A stretch of DNA of 62,825 nucleotides, filler included, from Stramenopiles sp. TOSAG23-3 (lineage: Eukaryota), in NCBI GenBank assembly GCA_900128585.1. It is 17 parts of 17 records of this genome, joined end to end, with 100 filler letters (N's around TTAATTAATTAA, not from the genome) between each part and the next. Parts side by side here need not be neighbours in the genome. Positions count along the whole stretch, not along the records: positions 44,519 to 48,106 come from LT644158.1; positions 48,207 to 51,790 come from LT644159.1; positions 51,891 to 55,471 come from LT644160.1; positions 55,572 to 59,150 come from LT644161.1; 13 more parts are not named here. One strand, written 5' to 3'. Below, piece after piece: positions 46,045 through 56,993 of this stretch (its first letter is position 1; each line of letters begins with the position of its first letter). Position numbers and translations under genes: made by a program. The notes under the pieces are model-generated. The model made no database searches. It saw only the letters and a program-made list of their open reading frames with translations, and had not been told where the DNA came from.

Positions 46045-48106
46045 ATGTTGGTTCGGCTTGCCCGTTTCCTCTGTCTGCTTCTTGCATGTTCTGCAGCGGC
46101 TGCGGAAGACAAGGTCCGTCCCGTGCGCGAGTTGGTTCGCCGCCTGGTGCCGTCGCACGCAGATCAGATTGGGCTGTTCCTGGGTGCGGAATCGCAGAAT
46201 GGGACTGTCGCAACATTTTGCGTGACAAAGGGAAAGGCAGGTGTCGAGGTGCACGGGTCGGACGTGAACGCTCTTGCTTCCGGCGTGCTTTTTTATTTGA
46301 ACTCGTTCAACGCCTCCGTGTCTTGGGAAGCGACGGGAGGGGACAACATAAAGGAAGCGTTGCCGCCGGCCGGTGTGCCTTTGCCCCAAGTCAACGAGAG
46401 CGTGTGCAGGGAGACAACGTTCGCTCATCGGTACTACTTTAATGTGTGCACGTATGGGTATAGCACAGCGTTTTGGTCCTGGGAGAGGTGGGAAAAAGAG
46501 TTGGACTGGATGGCTCTCCATGGCATTAACTTGCCGCTTGCAAGCCTCGGGGCGGAGTACATATGGGCCGAGGTCTTTGAAGAAGATTTCGGGATACCAA
46601 AGGAGGACCTTTCTGATTTTTTTCCTGGTCCGGCCTACTTGCCTTGGCACTGGATGGGCAATTTGGACCAGTGGAACGGACCGCTGTCGATGAGCTGGAT
46701 GGAACGTGGCAGGGCGCTGCAGCACAAATTTCTCTTGCGCGCTCGATCCCTTGGCATGAAACCCGTCTTGCCAGCGTTCGCGGGATTTGTCCCAAACGCA
46801 TTAAAAAAAAAGTTTCCCGGGGCTAAAATTCACGATGCTTCTGGGTGGAATGGGTTTTCTCCGACTCATTACTTGGACCCAACGGATCCTTTATTCTCTG
46901 AAATTGGGTCGGCATTCGTCAAAAGAGTCTGCAAAGAGTATGGATGCGAAGATGAGCAATGGTTCAGCGCAGACCCTTACAACGAGCTGACTCCCCCGAC
47001 CAGAGACCCTGGTTACATTGAGAATGCATCCTCGGCAATTTATGGGGCAATGGCCAAAGGGGTAGAACCTGGGAAAGTGGCTGTTTGGCTCGCGCAGTCA
47101 TGGATGTGGGAGTCGCGGCCCAAAATATGGGGGGACGCCCAAATTGAGGCTTTTCTGAACGGCCCCCCGCTTGGAAATTTGGTCATGCTGGACCTGTACG
47201 CAGAGGTCAGCCCGATCTACAACCGAACAAAAGGCTTTTTTTCGCACCCGTGGGTGTTTTCTACGATATTTAATTTTGGCGGCCGAAGTGGCCTGTACGG
47301 CCGATTGGGGAACCCAAGTGGCCAAGCAGTGAGCGACGCCGTGGAAAACGCTATTGCAGCAAACAGAACCCTCGGATCGTCACAGGGACTCCTTGGACTT
47401 GGCGCTGCCCCAGAGGCAATAGAAACGGACCCAATAATGTACGACATCCTCTTCGAGTCCGCCTGGCTCGCTGTGGTGGACAAAGATGCTTGGGTGCAGA
47501 AATGGGCGGCCCGCCGGTACGCCACCTTCCGTGTGCCCGTGCCCAGCAGCGCACTGGAAGCGTGGGAACTGTTGAGACGCGGCCCTTACAGCTGCCCAAC
47601 CAATCAGCAAGGGCCCTCTGGCTCGCTGATTGCGGCTCGACCAGAGGTGAACATTCCGAAAGTTGCGTGCTGCGCCCCAACCAGTGTGTACTACAACTCG
47701 TCTATTTTGGTGGAAGCATGGCGCAAACTTTTGCTAGCTGGAAGGGACAGCAATGCCCTTAGAGCGAAAAGCACGTATGCCCACGATGTTGCTGACATCG
47801 GGGTCCAAGTCCTCTCGAATTTGGCAGTCGTTGTCCACGGCGACGTTAACGATGCCATAGAAAACGAAAACCGAACAGGACAGTTTTCAGTTGCAAGTCG
47901 CCGGTTTCTTGGGATTATTAACGACACAGAAGCTCTTGCGGCGACGCAGAAGGGGAGGTTGTTGGGAGAATGGATTCAGTCGGCAAAAGCGTGTGCTGGA
48001 AAGGGAGATAAAAACGATGCGCTCCTGTACGAGCGTAACGCTCGCACTCTCGTAACTCTTTGGGGCAACAAAGATTCCCACCTTCACGAGTACAGTTACC
48101 GGCTGT
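46045..48106 (+). CDS. NAGLU: Alpha-N-acetylglucosaminidase (GH89); 3' truncated
   Basis: Signal peptide, RYYFNVCTYGYSTAFWSWERWEKELDWMALHGINLPLA, WMGNL, PVLPAFAGFVP, NFGG and YERNARTLVTLWG. Confidence 0.95.
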
Positions 48107-48206
48107 NNNNNNNNNNNNNNNNNNNNNNNNNNNNNNNNNNNNNNNNNNNNTTAATTAATTAANNNNNNNNNNNNNNNNNNNNNNNNNNNNNNNNNNNNNN
48201 NNNNNN

Positions 48207-48599
48207 TACACAACAATGATGAATGTGGTGGGAAATATTGGTCGTGACGTTGATGGCGCCCGAAGCATATTTGCAGAGATGAAGGAAAAGAACATCGATA
48301 TCAATACCCGTACGTACAACACAATGATTCGTGTAGAAAAGGGCTGTTCAGATAACATCATTCGTCTGTTTGAAGAGATGCAATTATTTAATATTCCTCG
48401 CAATGGTCATTTGTATGTATCTGCGCTTTCAGCTAAGAGGAAACCCTTTTCTTTAAAGGTTTTCTTAGACATAGTCGACACAAGACCGCACATCGATAGG
48501 AAGGGGTGGCGGATTATTTTGAGTCAACTCAAGCGTAATTTGGGTGCTGGCCAATTGCAAGAGTTGTTGACAAGGCACGGTATGAAAAGGGTATATTGA
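48207..48599 (+). CDS. Pentatricopeptide-repeat protein, C-terminal fragment
   Basis: YTTMMNVVGNIGRDVDGARSIFAEMKEKNIDINTRTYNTMI matches the PPR consensus. Confidence 0.75.
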   Translation, partial: YTTMMNVVGNIGRDVDGARSIFAEMKEKNIDINTRTYNTMIRVEKGCSDNIIRLFEEMQLFNIPRNGHLYVSALSAKRKPFSLKVFLDIVDTRPHIDRKGWRIILSQLKRNLGAGQLQELLTRHGMKRVY

Positions 48600-49315
48600 T
48601 TAGTAAAATCACAGGAGCAGAGATAATTTTGCAGTACAGGAAGGAACATAAACCTTTAATTGGGAAAAGGAGCAGATTCACCTTCGCGGTACATGAAGAA
48701 CATAAATTTTAATTAAAAACAAGAAAATTGGCTGTTATTTAAGTAATTAAATTTAGCAATTATCATACTTACATTAACAGGGCCAGTTTTTTATTTTTTA
48801 GAAACGGTAAAAATGTTTTCATTTTTGGTTATGAACCAGTTCCAGGTTAATTTTTTCTTCCTTCTCGATTTTCCTTTCTGCTCCTGTCTCGAGTTTCTAT
48901 AGGTTCGCTTTTTGTTTGATTGCTTTCTTTCTGTTTCTTTTATCTTTTTGCTTCTGTGAACATCAACCGAAAATTAATCGTTCTAAAAAAATACAAAATG
49001 CCAATACAATTTAGATCATATTAATATATCAAGTTAGGATTAGGGTATGAGGAAGCTAAATTTAATTACTTATAAATAACAGCCAATTTTTCTTGTTTTT
49101 TTGATCTCATATATATATAAATAATTCCTCAAGATTGACCATCAACGACGAAACGAAATTAAAAAATTAAAAAATCAAGTTAAACCATCAATATAGGATT
49201 AGGATTGGAACCGAAATAGTAATTGATTTAAAATGAGAGTCTTAAAAATGTATAATTTATTTATTTTTTCAGGAGATATATTTTTTTGCTTTTCTGAATC
49301 GATCCTGGCCGCACA

Positions 49316-51790
49316 TCACACGCCGTGATTTAGAAGCTTCCTCCACCCAGCTGCACTGTGTGGCCGATTGCTTGGGAAAATCTTCGAATTTAATCGGCTT
49401 GCAGAAGACGGTCGATCCATGGCTTCTGGTTTCGCATTTTCCGTTTGCTTTTTTCCCCATCCGGCAATTTTGATCCCAGGGGCACTTGGGGTTTTCGGAA
49501 TGGCGGATTTTGGGCGCGGGTTCACTACCCTGCCGCTTGAAGCCGACGTCGTTAGAACTCGAGGCACTCGATGGGGTTGTGTAGGCTGAATGATGTCTCC
49601 TAAAGGCGGTGGCAACACCCAAGACAGATTGCACGCCGACGAACTTTCAGAGACTCGAGCGACTCTTTTCTTCTTCTTCAAACCGGTGGACGTGCTACAG
49701 TAGCTCTCCGGGTCCTCCCAGCGACACCTTAAAAAGTTTGGAATTTCCTCCGGCGGGGGAGGGCCACGGCGCTTCACCGATTTTGGTTTCAAGAGTTCAC
49801 GCAAACGTTTTCTTAATTTCGATACTAGCTCGTTCAATCTCTCAATCTCGGCCTCCATGTCATTGATTTGGTGGTTCATCCTCCGATGAACCGTTTGCCC
49901 TTTCATTTTTCGCTCTGAAAAATACCTCAAGTTCTTCGCCCTTTCGTTGGCGTTTAACTCGTTGTTGGAGGTCAATTTTTCTGGCTGGTTGTCTCCCTTC
50001 GGTGGGGTGATATGGTCGGAGAAGTCCAAGTACATTTGTGACAAACATTGTATGTAGTCTTGTGTGTCTTTCATGGCGACGCGCTCTTCTTCAATTAAGT
50101 CTTCCAGTGCCTTTTTTCTCTCTTTTATCTCCGCGACTTGCATGTACATGTGGTTTGCGCTGGCCAATGCCTTGACTTTGTCGTCCTCTGCTAGCTTCAA
50201 GATTTCACCCAGCTCTTGACGCTTCGACTCGCTGCGTCCCAGCTCTCCGCGGATGGCCCCTAATTCGCCCGCCAACTGTGCTAGTTCCTTCTCCAAACCA
50301 TCATTTTCTTCTTTCAGCGCTGCATTGGCCTTGCATAACGCTTGAACCTCACCCCGAAAACCCTCAATGTCGTTCATGAGTTTTTCTTGCGTCTCATGCA
50401 AGCCGCGAATGTCATTATCCCTTGCTGCAATCGTTTTGCTCTTTTCTTTAATGCCCTCGAGGCTTTCTTGCAAGGCGAGGGATAGCTTACTAGATTTCGT
50501 CGAGCTCTCGTCCAGCTCGGTCGTAAGGGCTTCAACGTGCTGCCTTGAAGCTTCTAGCTTGGCGTTGGTCATGTCTAACTCGTGCATGATCGCCTGTATT
50601 TCCGACGTAAAGCGCTTGTGCAATGCAATTCCGATCTTCTTTCCACGGTTTATCACTGCCTGGTACACCGAGTCCTTCGCAACATTGTGGGCGGTCAGGC
50701 GAAGCTTCGAGCGGGCCAGCTCCCCGTACACCCTTTGGATGTGCGTTTGGGTGTCCATTGACGCGCTCTTGCTCTTTTCAAGAAGCACCTGCTGCAAACG
50801 AATTTGTTCCTTCAGTTGCGTAATATGACGATTCAAATTTTCTAGATGATCCGATTGCGATTGGAACCTATCTTTCAACGTGTCCAACTCTTGCCTGGTG
50901 GCTTCCAACTGAGAAGCAAGACTCTGCCTTTCCGTGTTGCGAGAGTTGGACTCTTCCAGTAGCATTGTGACAGTTTCTTTTTTTTCTCTTATTGTTCCGT
51001 TCAAATCCTCTATTTTGTTGTTCAGCTTGAGCTCCGTAATATCGCGAGACAGGCCTTTCATCAAGCTAAACGCTTTCGCGATCTTCTGAGAGCCTTCGTC
51101 TTTGAAGACTAGCCGCAGCCGGAGGGCTCCGAACTGCTTGGCAATTCTCTGTTTCTCCTCAAATGCCCTCCCCATGGCCTGCCGTATGCTCTTCTCGGAT
51201 TTAATGGCCCGCTGAAGCTCGTGTAACCGTATTTTTTCCTTTTCTGCCCGCCGCAAACGCGCCTTCTCAATGTCTTCCTTAATGGTTTTAATTTCTATAT
51301 CCGTTGCCTCTTTAATGTCTTTCATTTCCAAGTACAGCGTGCGATAGTGGTCGCTCTGCTCTTGGAGTTCCACGTTGTCTTTGGACTGTTTCTGCACGAC
51401 TCCGGTCAGCCTGGACTCTTCCTGCACGAACCCTCTGATTTGTTTTTGCATTGTTCCGATCTTCTCCAAACTGCGTGCCTGCTCCTTCTCCACAAACTCC
51501 CGCCGTCGGATCTCCGTCGCCAGCTTCCTTCGGTAGTCTATTTCAAGTTGGATGCTCTCGTTGGTCACTCTGTCGATTGTCTCCAGCAACTTCCTGTGCT
51601 TGAGTTTCATCAAAGACTCCAGCTCTGCGGCTGCCATGTTCGAAGAGTTTCTCAAGTTTGCTGTAAGCTCGTCGATGATTTTTTCCTGGCGAATTATCTC
51701 TTTTCCTTTGTTATTAGACATTTTAAGCATATGCTCCGACGCCAATTTCATATGATCGTTCTCCTTCTGAATCTCCGTATGCATCTTGTG
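49316..51790 (-). CDS. Long coiled-coil protein; 5' truncated
   Basis: More than 800 codons, E/K/L/Q heptad-rich, with a basic disordered tail. Confidence 0.75.
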   Translation of the reverse strand, partial: HKMHTEIQKENDHMKLASEHMLKMSNNKGKEIIRQEKIIDELTANLRNSSNMAAAELESLMKLKHRKLLETIDRVTNESIQLEIDYRRKLATEIRRREFVEKEQARSLEKIGTMQKQIRGFVQEESRLTGVVQKQSKDNVELQEQSDHYRTLYLEMKDIKEATDIEIKTIKEDIEKARLRRAEKEKIRLHELQRAIKSEKSIRQAMGRAFEEKQRIAKQFGALRLRLVFKDEGSQKIAKAFSLMKGLSRDITELKLNNKIEDLNGTIREKKETVTMLLEESNSRNTERQSLASQLEATRQELDTLKDRFQSQSDHLENLNRHITQLKEQIRLQQVLLEKSKSASMDTQTHIQRVYGELARSKLRLTAHNVAKDSVYQAVINRGKKIGIALHKRFTSEIQAIMHELDMTNAKLEASRQHVEALTTELDESSTKSSKLSLALQESLEGIKEKSKTIAARDNDIRGLHETQEKLMNDIEGFRGEVQALCKANAALKEENDGLEKELAQLAGELGAIRGELGRSESKRQELGEILKLAEDDKVKALASANHMYMQVAEIKERKKALEDLIEEERVAMKDTQDYIQCLSQMYLDFSDHITPPKGDNQPEKLTSNNELNANERAKNLRYFSERKMKGQTVHRRMNHQINDMEAEIERLNELVSKLRKRLRELLKPKSVKRRGPPPPEEIPNFLRCRWEDPESYCSTSTGLKKKKRVARVSESSSACNLSWVLPPPLGDIIQPTQPHRVPRVLTTSASSGRVVNPRPKSAIPKTPSAPGIKIAGWGKKQTENAKPEAMDRPSSASRLNSKIFPSNRPHSAAGWRKLLNHGV

Positions 51791-51892
51791 NNNNNNNNNN
51801 NNNNNNNNNNNNNNNNNNNNNNNNNNNNNNNNNNTTAATTAATTAANNNNNNNNNNNNNNNNNNNNNNNNNNNNNNNNNNNNNNNNNNNNCG

Positions 51893-54493
51893 GAGAAAAT
51901 TGCAGAAGACTATATCGCAGTTCAGGCTTCGATGAGCAACTTTTTGGAAAATTGTCGAGAACAACCGCGTAAGTTGGATGATATTGTAAATCGCGTGGCC
52001 AATATTTTGGTAACGATTGAAAATGCACAAGTCAAACGCAACGAGGTTATTTGTGACATGAGCGAAGAGAGGTTGATGAATGATTGGGGCGATATACTTT
52101 CCACTGTTAGTGGGATAATGAAGGAGCTGTGTGACTCATGCCTAGGTCTACTGATTACGTATAGTGATACTGCTACTTCCTCGGCCTACTTACAAGTCGC
52201 ATTAGAGAGAATAGATGAACTTCACAAAATTAATGCTTTCTACAAGCACACACAACGTCACTACGACGTAATTTTGGCACATTTACGAGACTATGTTTTC
52301 GAGAAAGGAAGAAACTTTGAAGAAAGGTTAGATCATTTGAATAGCCCTAGTCGAGAACAGGAACAAGAGCATAATGATACTGATTATGCTGGTTTCGGAC
52401 AAGCCATTGTTATCCTTAAAGATGCAAAATGGATTGACGATCGCTTACCATCAAAGGGTAACACCGATCATTCTGCTCACGTCGTTCAGAGAGTAGTGAG
52501 CCATATTGAAACTTCTGTGATCCAACGGTTGGTAGAAATTGAAAAACAAACAAAATTGCATATACACTCGTTCACAGAATCTAATGAATCTTTCAGAAAA
52601 GCGAGCTCTTTTCTAAATGAATTACACCAACTCAAAAATCTGGGGACTTACTTCAATCAATTCTATTGTGACAATTTACAAGTTAAACACGCGTTCGAAA
52701 AGAAATCAATAGATATAGAAACAAAGGTGTTGGCGACTTTGCAGGAAAGTTGGAAGCAAGCCAACAGATATCTTCCGAAAAAAGGCGACCCTTCTATTCA
52801 GCTTATGTCGCTTTCTCGTCATTTGAATGCTGTCACATTATGCAACACCATCGAGGCACTTTCGGCAGAGGCGAGCTCGAGAAAGACAGATGTTGAACAG
52901 TTAATTCGTACTTATTTTGAAGAACAATTAGATAAGATAACAATTCTTCAGGGACAAGAAACTCTTTCCGACGAAGATGCACACTTGATTGCGCGTGTTT
53001 ATCGCTACCTGGTTCAAATTAATGAAAAATATCAAAGTATTGAAACTGTGATTCAACAAAGCGTCTGTGGAAACCATTTGACAACATCAACAATTGTTGA
53101 ATGGTTGAATAAGAAAGCCAATCATTTCACTCAAGAAATATCACATTTACAGGTGTTAAGTTTACTGGAGCGAAATAGCCTGGCTGAACATATCAAGGCA
53201 TTTATGGGTCTTGATTTTATTGTCAATAATCGATTTGTCAATATGTACACTAGTATCATATCACAAATGGTGGGGGAAGATCAGAGTCAAGAAATATGGC
53301 TAGAAATGACGGACGAAAATCGTCTAAATTATACGAAGGTAAAGCAATGCATTATGGATTTAGTGAACACGGCACAAGCAGGCAATGGACAGCAAGGGTT
53401 TCGCCAATTGGCGCTAGAGAAGGTAGCAGAAGTGAAACGAGCGTACTCTAAAAAGGGCAACGAATTGAATCGGATCATATACACTTCGTTGACACTACAC
53501 TCAGAGGACGCTGTTGATCGGTGCAAAACGATTTTCCATAAGATTGACGATTTCCGCAAATTTGAAAACGAACTATTTGGGCCAATATCGCGGTTACAAG
53601 AAATTGAAGAAGCAGTGTTACCAGAAGTTGAAGAAGGTAATCCTACTTATCATCAATATGTAAGAAAAATGGAAGACGTCATGGTAGAGTTTTTAGATGA
53701 AGTAGAAAACCGGTTGATGAACGATTCATTCGCCGAAGCGAATGGCGGAGTGCTCATGGTAAACACTATATTGGAGAATATGTTGGGTTTTCAGTTAAGT
53801 CCTGACAAATTTGTGCGAGAAAAGTGCACTGAAGTGCAGGATAAGATAATTATCCAAATGAAATGTGCAGTGAAAAAGTTTGAAGCGGTTAAAGACTGCG
53901 ATGACCCCCCGTCCCGGTTATTCTGGTCAAGACCGAAAGAATTGTTTGACAAGCTTACGAATGCCGACTTGCCTGCGATGAGAACAGAAGCAATAGAAAA
54001 CTTAAGGAAAACGTTGAACGATATCCTAGTTACCCCATTCGACGAAATTGAAAAAGGAAACACAGTGGCAGCCTATGAACTAAACCGACTAAAAAGATAT
54101 AGATCGGCGCTGGTGACACTCCCGCAGGCATGGGCTGAAGAAATAGAGACAATGTACACCGAAAAAGAAAGGGAATTTAACGCCAAAAAGGGAATGGAAG
54201 ATGCATTGCTGAAGAACTGGCTTGTAAGCCATAAGTACGCTCTTGTGCAAAAGCGAATGGGCAAGTACAAAGAATTAAATTGTTATGACGAACAATCTGA
54301 ACTTGTACAAATGTGTAATGATCATGCTAATGATTTGAAAAACCAAATAAATGACTTGGCATCTCAATTGCATGAAGGCACCAACGAGCAACAGTACGAC
54401 CAATTGGTCAAAGATATAAGAAGTATGAATGACAAAATTGACAAATTTGACATGCCCGAAATTGGGCTAATTGCCACCCAAGCAACCAAATAA
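51893..54493 (+). CDS. Large alpha-helical hypothetical protein; 5' truncated
   Basis: More than 850 open codons with AT-richer codon usage. No motif recognised. Confidence 0.7.
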   Translation, partial: EKIAEDYIAVQASMSNFLENCREQPRKLDDIVNRVANILVTIENAQVKRNEVICDMSEERLMNDWGDILSTVSGIMKELCDSCLGLLITYSDTATSSAYLQVALERIDELHKINAFYKHTQRHYDVILAHLRDYVFEKGRNFEERLDHLNSPSREQEQEHNDTDYAGFGQAIVILKDAKWIDDRLPSKGNTDHSAHVVQRVVSHIETSVIQRLVEIEKQTKLHIHSFTESNESFRKASSFLNELHQLKNLGTYFNQFYCDNLQVKHAFEKKSIDIETKVLATLQESWKQANRYLPKKGDPSIQLMSLSRHLNAVTLCNTIEALSAEASSRKTDVEQLIRTYFEEQLDKITILQGQETLSDEDAHLIARVYRYLVQINEKYQSIETVIQQSVCGNHLTTSTIVEWLNKKANHFTQEISHLQVLSLLERNSLAEHIKAFMGLDFIVNNRFVNMYTSIISQMVGEDQSQEIWLEMTDENRLNYTKVKQCIMDLVNTAQAGNGQQGFRQLALEKVAEVKRAYSKKGNELNRIIYTSLTLHSEDAVDRCKTIFHKIDDFRKFENELFGPISRLQEIEEAVLPEVEEGNPTYHQYVRKMEDVMVEFLDEVENRLMNDSFAEANGGVLMVNTILENMLGFQLSPDKFVREKCTEVQDKIIIQMKCAVKKFEAVKDCDDPPSRLFWSRPKELFDKLTNADLPAMRTEAIENLRKTLNDILVTPFDEIEKGNTVAAYELNRLKRYRSALVTLPQAWAEEIETMYTEKEREFNAKKGMEDALLKNWLVSHKYALVQKRMGKYKELNCYDEQSELVQMCNDHANDLKNQINDLASQLHEGTNEQQYDQLVKDIRSMNDKIDKFDMPEIGLIATQATK

Positions 54494-55080
54494 TCCAAGA
54501 GTTCAAAGATTCTCCGGAGACCGAGCCGGACAAAGAAAACGACAATGACCCCGAAATATTCAACCTTCAGACTCAACTGAAAGAAACGAACGAACGATTT
54601 GCCGCCTTGGAGAAATATGTTAAAGCTTTGGAAGAAGAAGAACAATTGGACGATGATTCGGATGGAATAACTGTCGAGGAAAGGGAATTCGATGGGAAGA
54701 AGTATCTTGTAGACCATAATTACTCACAACCAAGTTGGAATGGTATGGCATATGATTTCTCTACCCACGCCGAAGTTGGAATGGTATTCAGCGGAGTGGT
54801 TTTGTTAGACAATCCTGAAACCCGGGCTGGAGATTTTTTAGAGCTTGAATATGAATCGACAGAGTTTGACCGCGATTTCCCACCTAGTAATATGACTCTT
54901 AATAATCACAAATTCGGCATACAAAGCTGCCCAAATACTGTCAAAGAACTGGTGGTGTTCGAGGGGAATGTAAACCCGAAAAAATATTATCACTCACCTA
55001 CCGACTCCAAAATTCTACATAAGAAGTGCGAAGACAATACTTTGGAAACAGTGGGGATTGTAGCTAATACCTGGATTTAA
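54451..55080 (+). CDS. Hypothetical acidic ORF without a clear ATG start, overlapping the end of the upstream ORF
   Basis: The frame is open from about 54451 (...NQIIQEFKDSPETEPDKEND...LEKYVKALEEEEQL...). It may be a frameshifted or chimeric continuation. Confidence 0.45.
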   Translation, partial: HARNWANCHPSNQIIQEFKDSPETEPDKENDNDPEIFNLQTQLKETNERFAALEKYVKALEEEEQLDDDSDGITVEEREFDGKKYLVDHNYSQPSWNGMAYDFSTHAEVGMVFSGVVLLDNPETRAGDFLELEYESTEFDRDFPPSNMTLNNHKFGIQSCPNTVKELVVFEGNVNPKKYYHSPTDSKILHKKCEDNTLETVGIVANTWI

Positions 55081-55204
55081 TATTTGTCAGTGCTAAAAGA
55101 CGAGTGCAAACGTAATAATATTAAAGCGTAATAAAATTAATCTGAATCTGAATTAGCAACCCTCTTTGGCTTTCTCTTTTTCCTTGAACGTCGGTTTTTG
55201 AACT

Positions 55205-55471
55205 TTAGATAATCCGAAATTCTTGCCCACGCTCTTTTTCGTCCACCAACGCATTTTCCCACTGACCGTTTTGAAACTCAATTTCGCAGGTATATTTGTC
55301 GCCGTCTTTTTCAACGCCAATAATTTGCCCTCGAACGTTTCTCTTGTTGGGTTCGTCGTACCAAAAGATTTTTTCTCCGACATAAGCGTGGTCCTTTTTC
55401 ACTGTCTCTTCAAAACAGGTTGAGCACATATCAGATAGCGCCTTATGGTCTTCGGGAAAGTTGTCGTATCC
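55205..55471 (-). CDS. C-terminal fragment of a hypothetical protein
   Basis: Frame open to the contig end. YVGEKIFWYD...RGQIIGV...CEIEFQNGQWE is suggestive of a Tudor/SH3-like barrel. Confidence 0.4.
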   Translation of the reverse strand, partial: GYDNFPEDHKALSDMCSTCFEETVKKDHAYVGEKIFWYDEPNKRNVRGQIIGVEKDGDKYTCEIEFQNGQWENALVDEKERGQEFRII

Positions 55472-55631
55472 NNNNNNNNNNNNNNNNNNNNNNNNNNNNN
55501 NNNNNNNNNNNNNNNTTAATTAATTAANNNNNNNNNNNNNNNNNNNNNNNNNNNNNNNNNNNNNNNNNNNNCTTGTTTTTATAAAAATGCAAGTTCGTGT
55601 GCGAGTGCACTCTTTTCTCGGAACAATTATT

Positions 55632-56993
55632 TTACACGTGGAGAAATGCCTGCTCTAAATCACTTATTAGATCTTCAATGGATTCGATGCCAACAGATAT
55701 ACGAATTAGGTTGGGCGCTACGCCTGCCTCAAGAAGCCGCTCTTTCGGTACGTGATGGTGCGTCATTAGAGCTGGGGATTCGATTAAGCTTTCAACGGCA
55801 CCGAGACTTTCTGCGAGAGTGAAAATTTTAACATTTTCCAACAGCTTTCTTGCTTCGCCAATTATTCTGAAACTAACCATACCACCGAAGCAATGCATTT
55901 GCTTCAGAGCTATTTTATGCTGGGGATGTGATGAAAGGCCAGGGTAACTCACAGACTCAACTTTTCTATGGTTTTCGAGCCAACTAGCAAGTTCTAATGC
56001 ATTTTTCTCGTGTTGTTCCATTCTTAAAGCCAATGTTTTGACACCGCGAAGGACCAAATATGAATCGAATGGAGACAAGACCCCGCCAACAGCATTTTGA
56101 TAGTGACGAAGTGATTTCAAGATTTTGCTATCGTTTGTGCAAACAACTCCCCCTACGACATCACTGTGGCCATTTACGTATTTAGTGACGCTATGGACAA
56201 CCATATCGACCCCAAATTGTAATGGGTTTTGTCCGTAGGGAGACATAAATGTAGAATCGCAGGCTGTAATAATTTTCATGTTCTTCATTTCTTTGACAAT
56301 GTTCACAACTATTGTGAAATCGATTATTTTAAGCGTCGGATTACTAGGAGTCTCGAAGATGATCAACTTCGTGTTTGGATTATCTCTAAGTTCTTTTCTT
56401 AAAGCGTTGCCATTATCTTCAGCAAAATCGACGTACGATGAAGAAATGTTGTAGATTGGCTCTGCGATAGTTCGCAGCAACCGCTGTGTTCCCGAGTATA
56501 TATCCGAACAGCAAACAACATGATCGCCATGTTTACAGCAATGTACCAGAGCAGCCAAAGCACTCATTCCAGACGCAAACGCCACGCAATGCTCGGCACT
56601 TTCTATAGAAGCAACGCACCTTTCGAGCGAATTCCTGGTTGGGTTTGTTGAGCGTCCGTAGTCATATCCAAATCCATAGCTGGATGGGTGAGTGGCGCCA
56701 GGGCTTTTTCCGATTTTCGTTTGGGCAAATGTCGTCGATAAATTTATTGGCACTGCTACGCCACCTGTGGCAGGATCGTGCTCATTTCCTCTGTGAATTG
56801 CACGGGTGCTAAAAGCAGCAGACCCACTCTCGCCATGTGTCCTAAACGTTTTTCTCGTATTTCTGTGGTTGACATTTATTTTGGTAGGGGCCCCTTTCTT
56901 TTTCACCAGACGAATTTCTCGGCCCAAGTACAAAGCACATGCAACAACCCCTGCTGCGCCGGCGAATAGAGCTGCTGTTCCAGAAGACTCCAT
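55632..56993 (-). CDS. CTH: Cystathionine gamma-lyase (Cys/Met metabolism PLP-dependent enzyme) with N-terminal hydrophobic extension
   Basis: YGRSTNPTR, FASGMSA, FETPSNPTL, HSVTKYVNGHSDVVGG (PLP Lys), LAESLGAVESLIESPALMTH and LIRISVGIE. Confidence 0.9.
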   Translation of the reverse strand: MESSGTAALFAGAAGVVACALYLGREIRLVKKKGAPTKINVNHRNTRKTFRTHGESGSAAFSTRAIHRGNEHDPATGGVAVPINLSTTFAQTKIGKSPGATHPSSYGFGYDYGRSTNPTRNSLERCVASIESAEHCVAFASGMSALAALVHCCKHGDHVVCCSDIYSGTQRLLRTIAEPIYNISSSYVDFAEDNGNALRKELRDNPNTKLIIFETPSNPTLKIIDFTIVVNIVKEMKNMKIITACDSTFMSPYGQNPLQFGVDMVVHSVTKYVNGHSDVVGGVVCTNDSKILKSLRHYQNAVGGVLSPFDSYLVLRGVKTLALRMEQHEKNALELASWLENHRKVESVSYPGLSSHPQHKIALKQMHCFGGMVSFRIIGEARKLLENVKIFTLAESLGAVESLIESPALMTHHHVPKERLLEAGVAPNLIRISVGIESIEDLISDLEQAFLHV

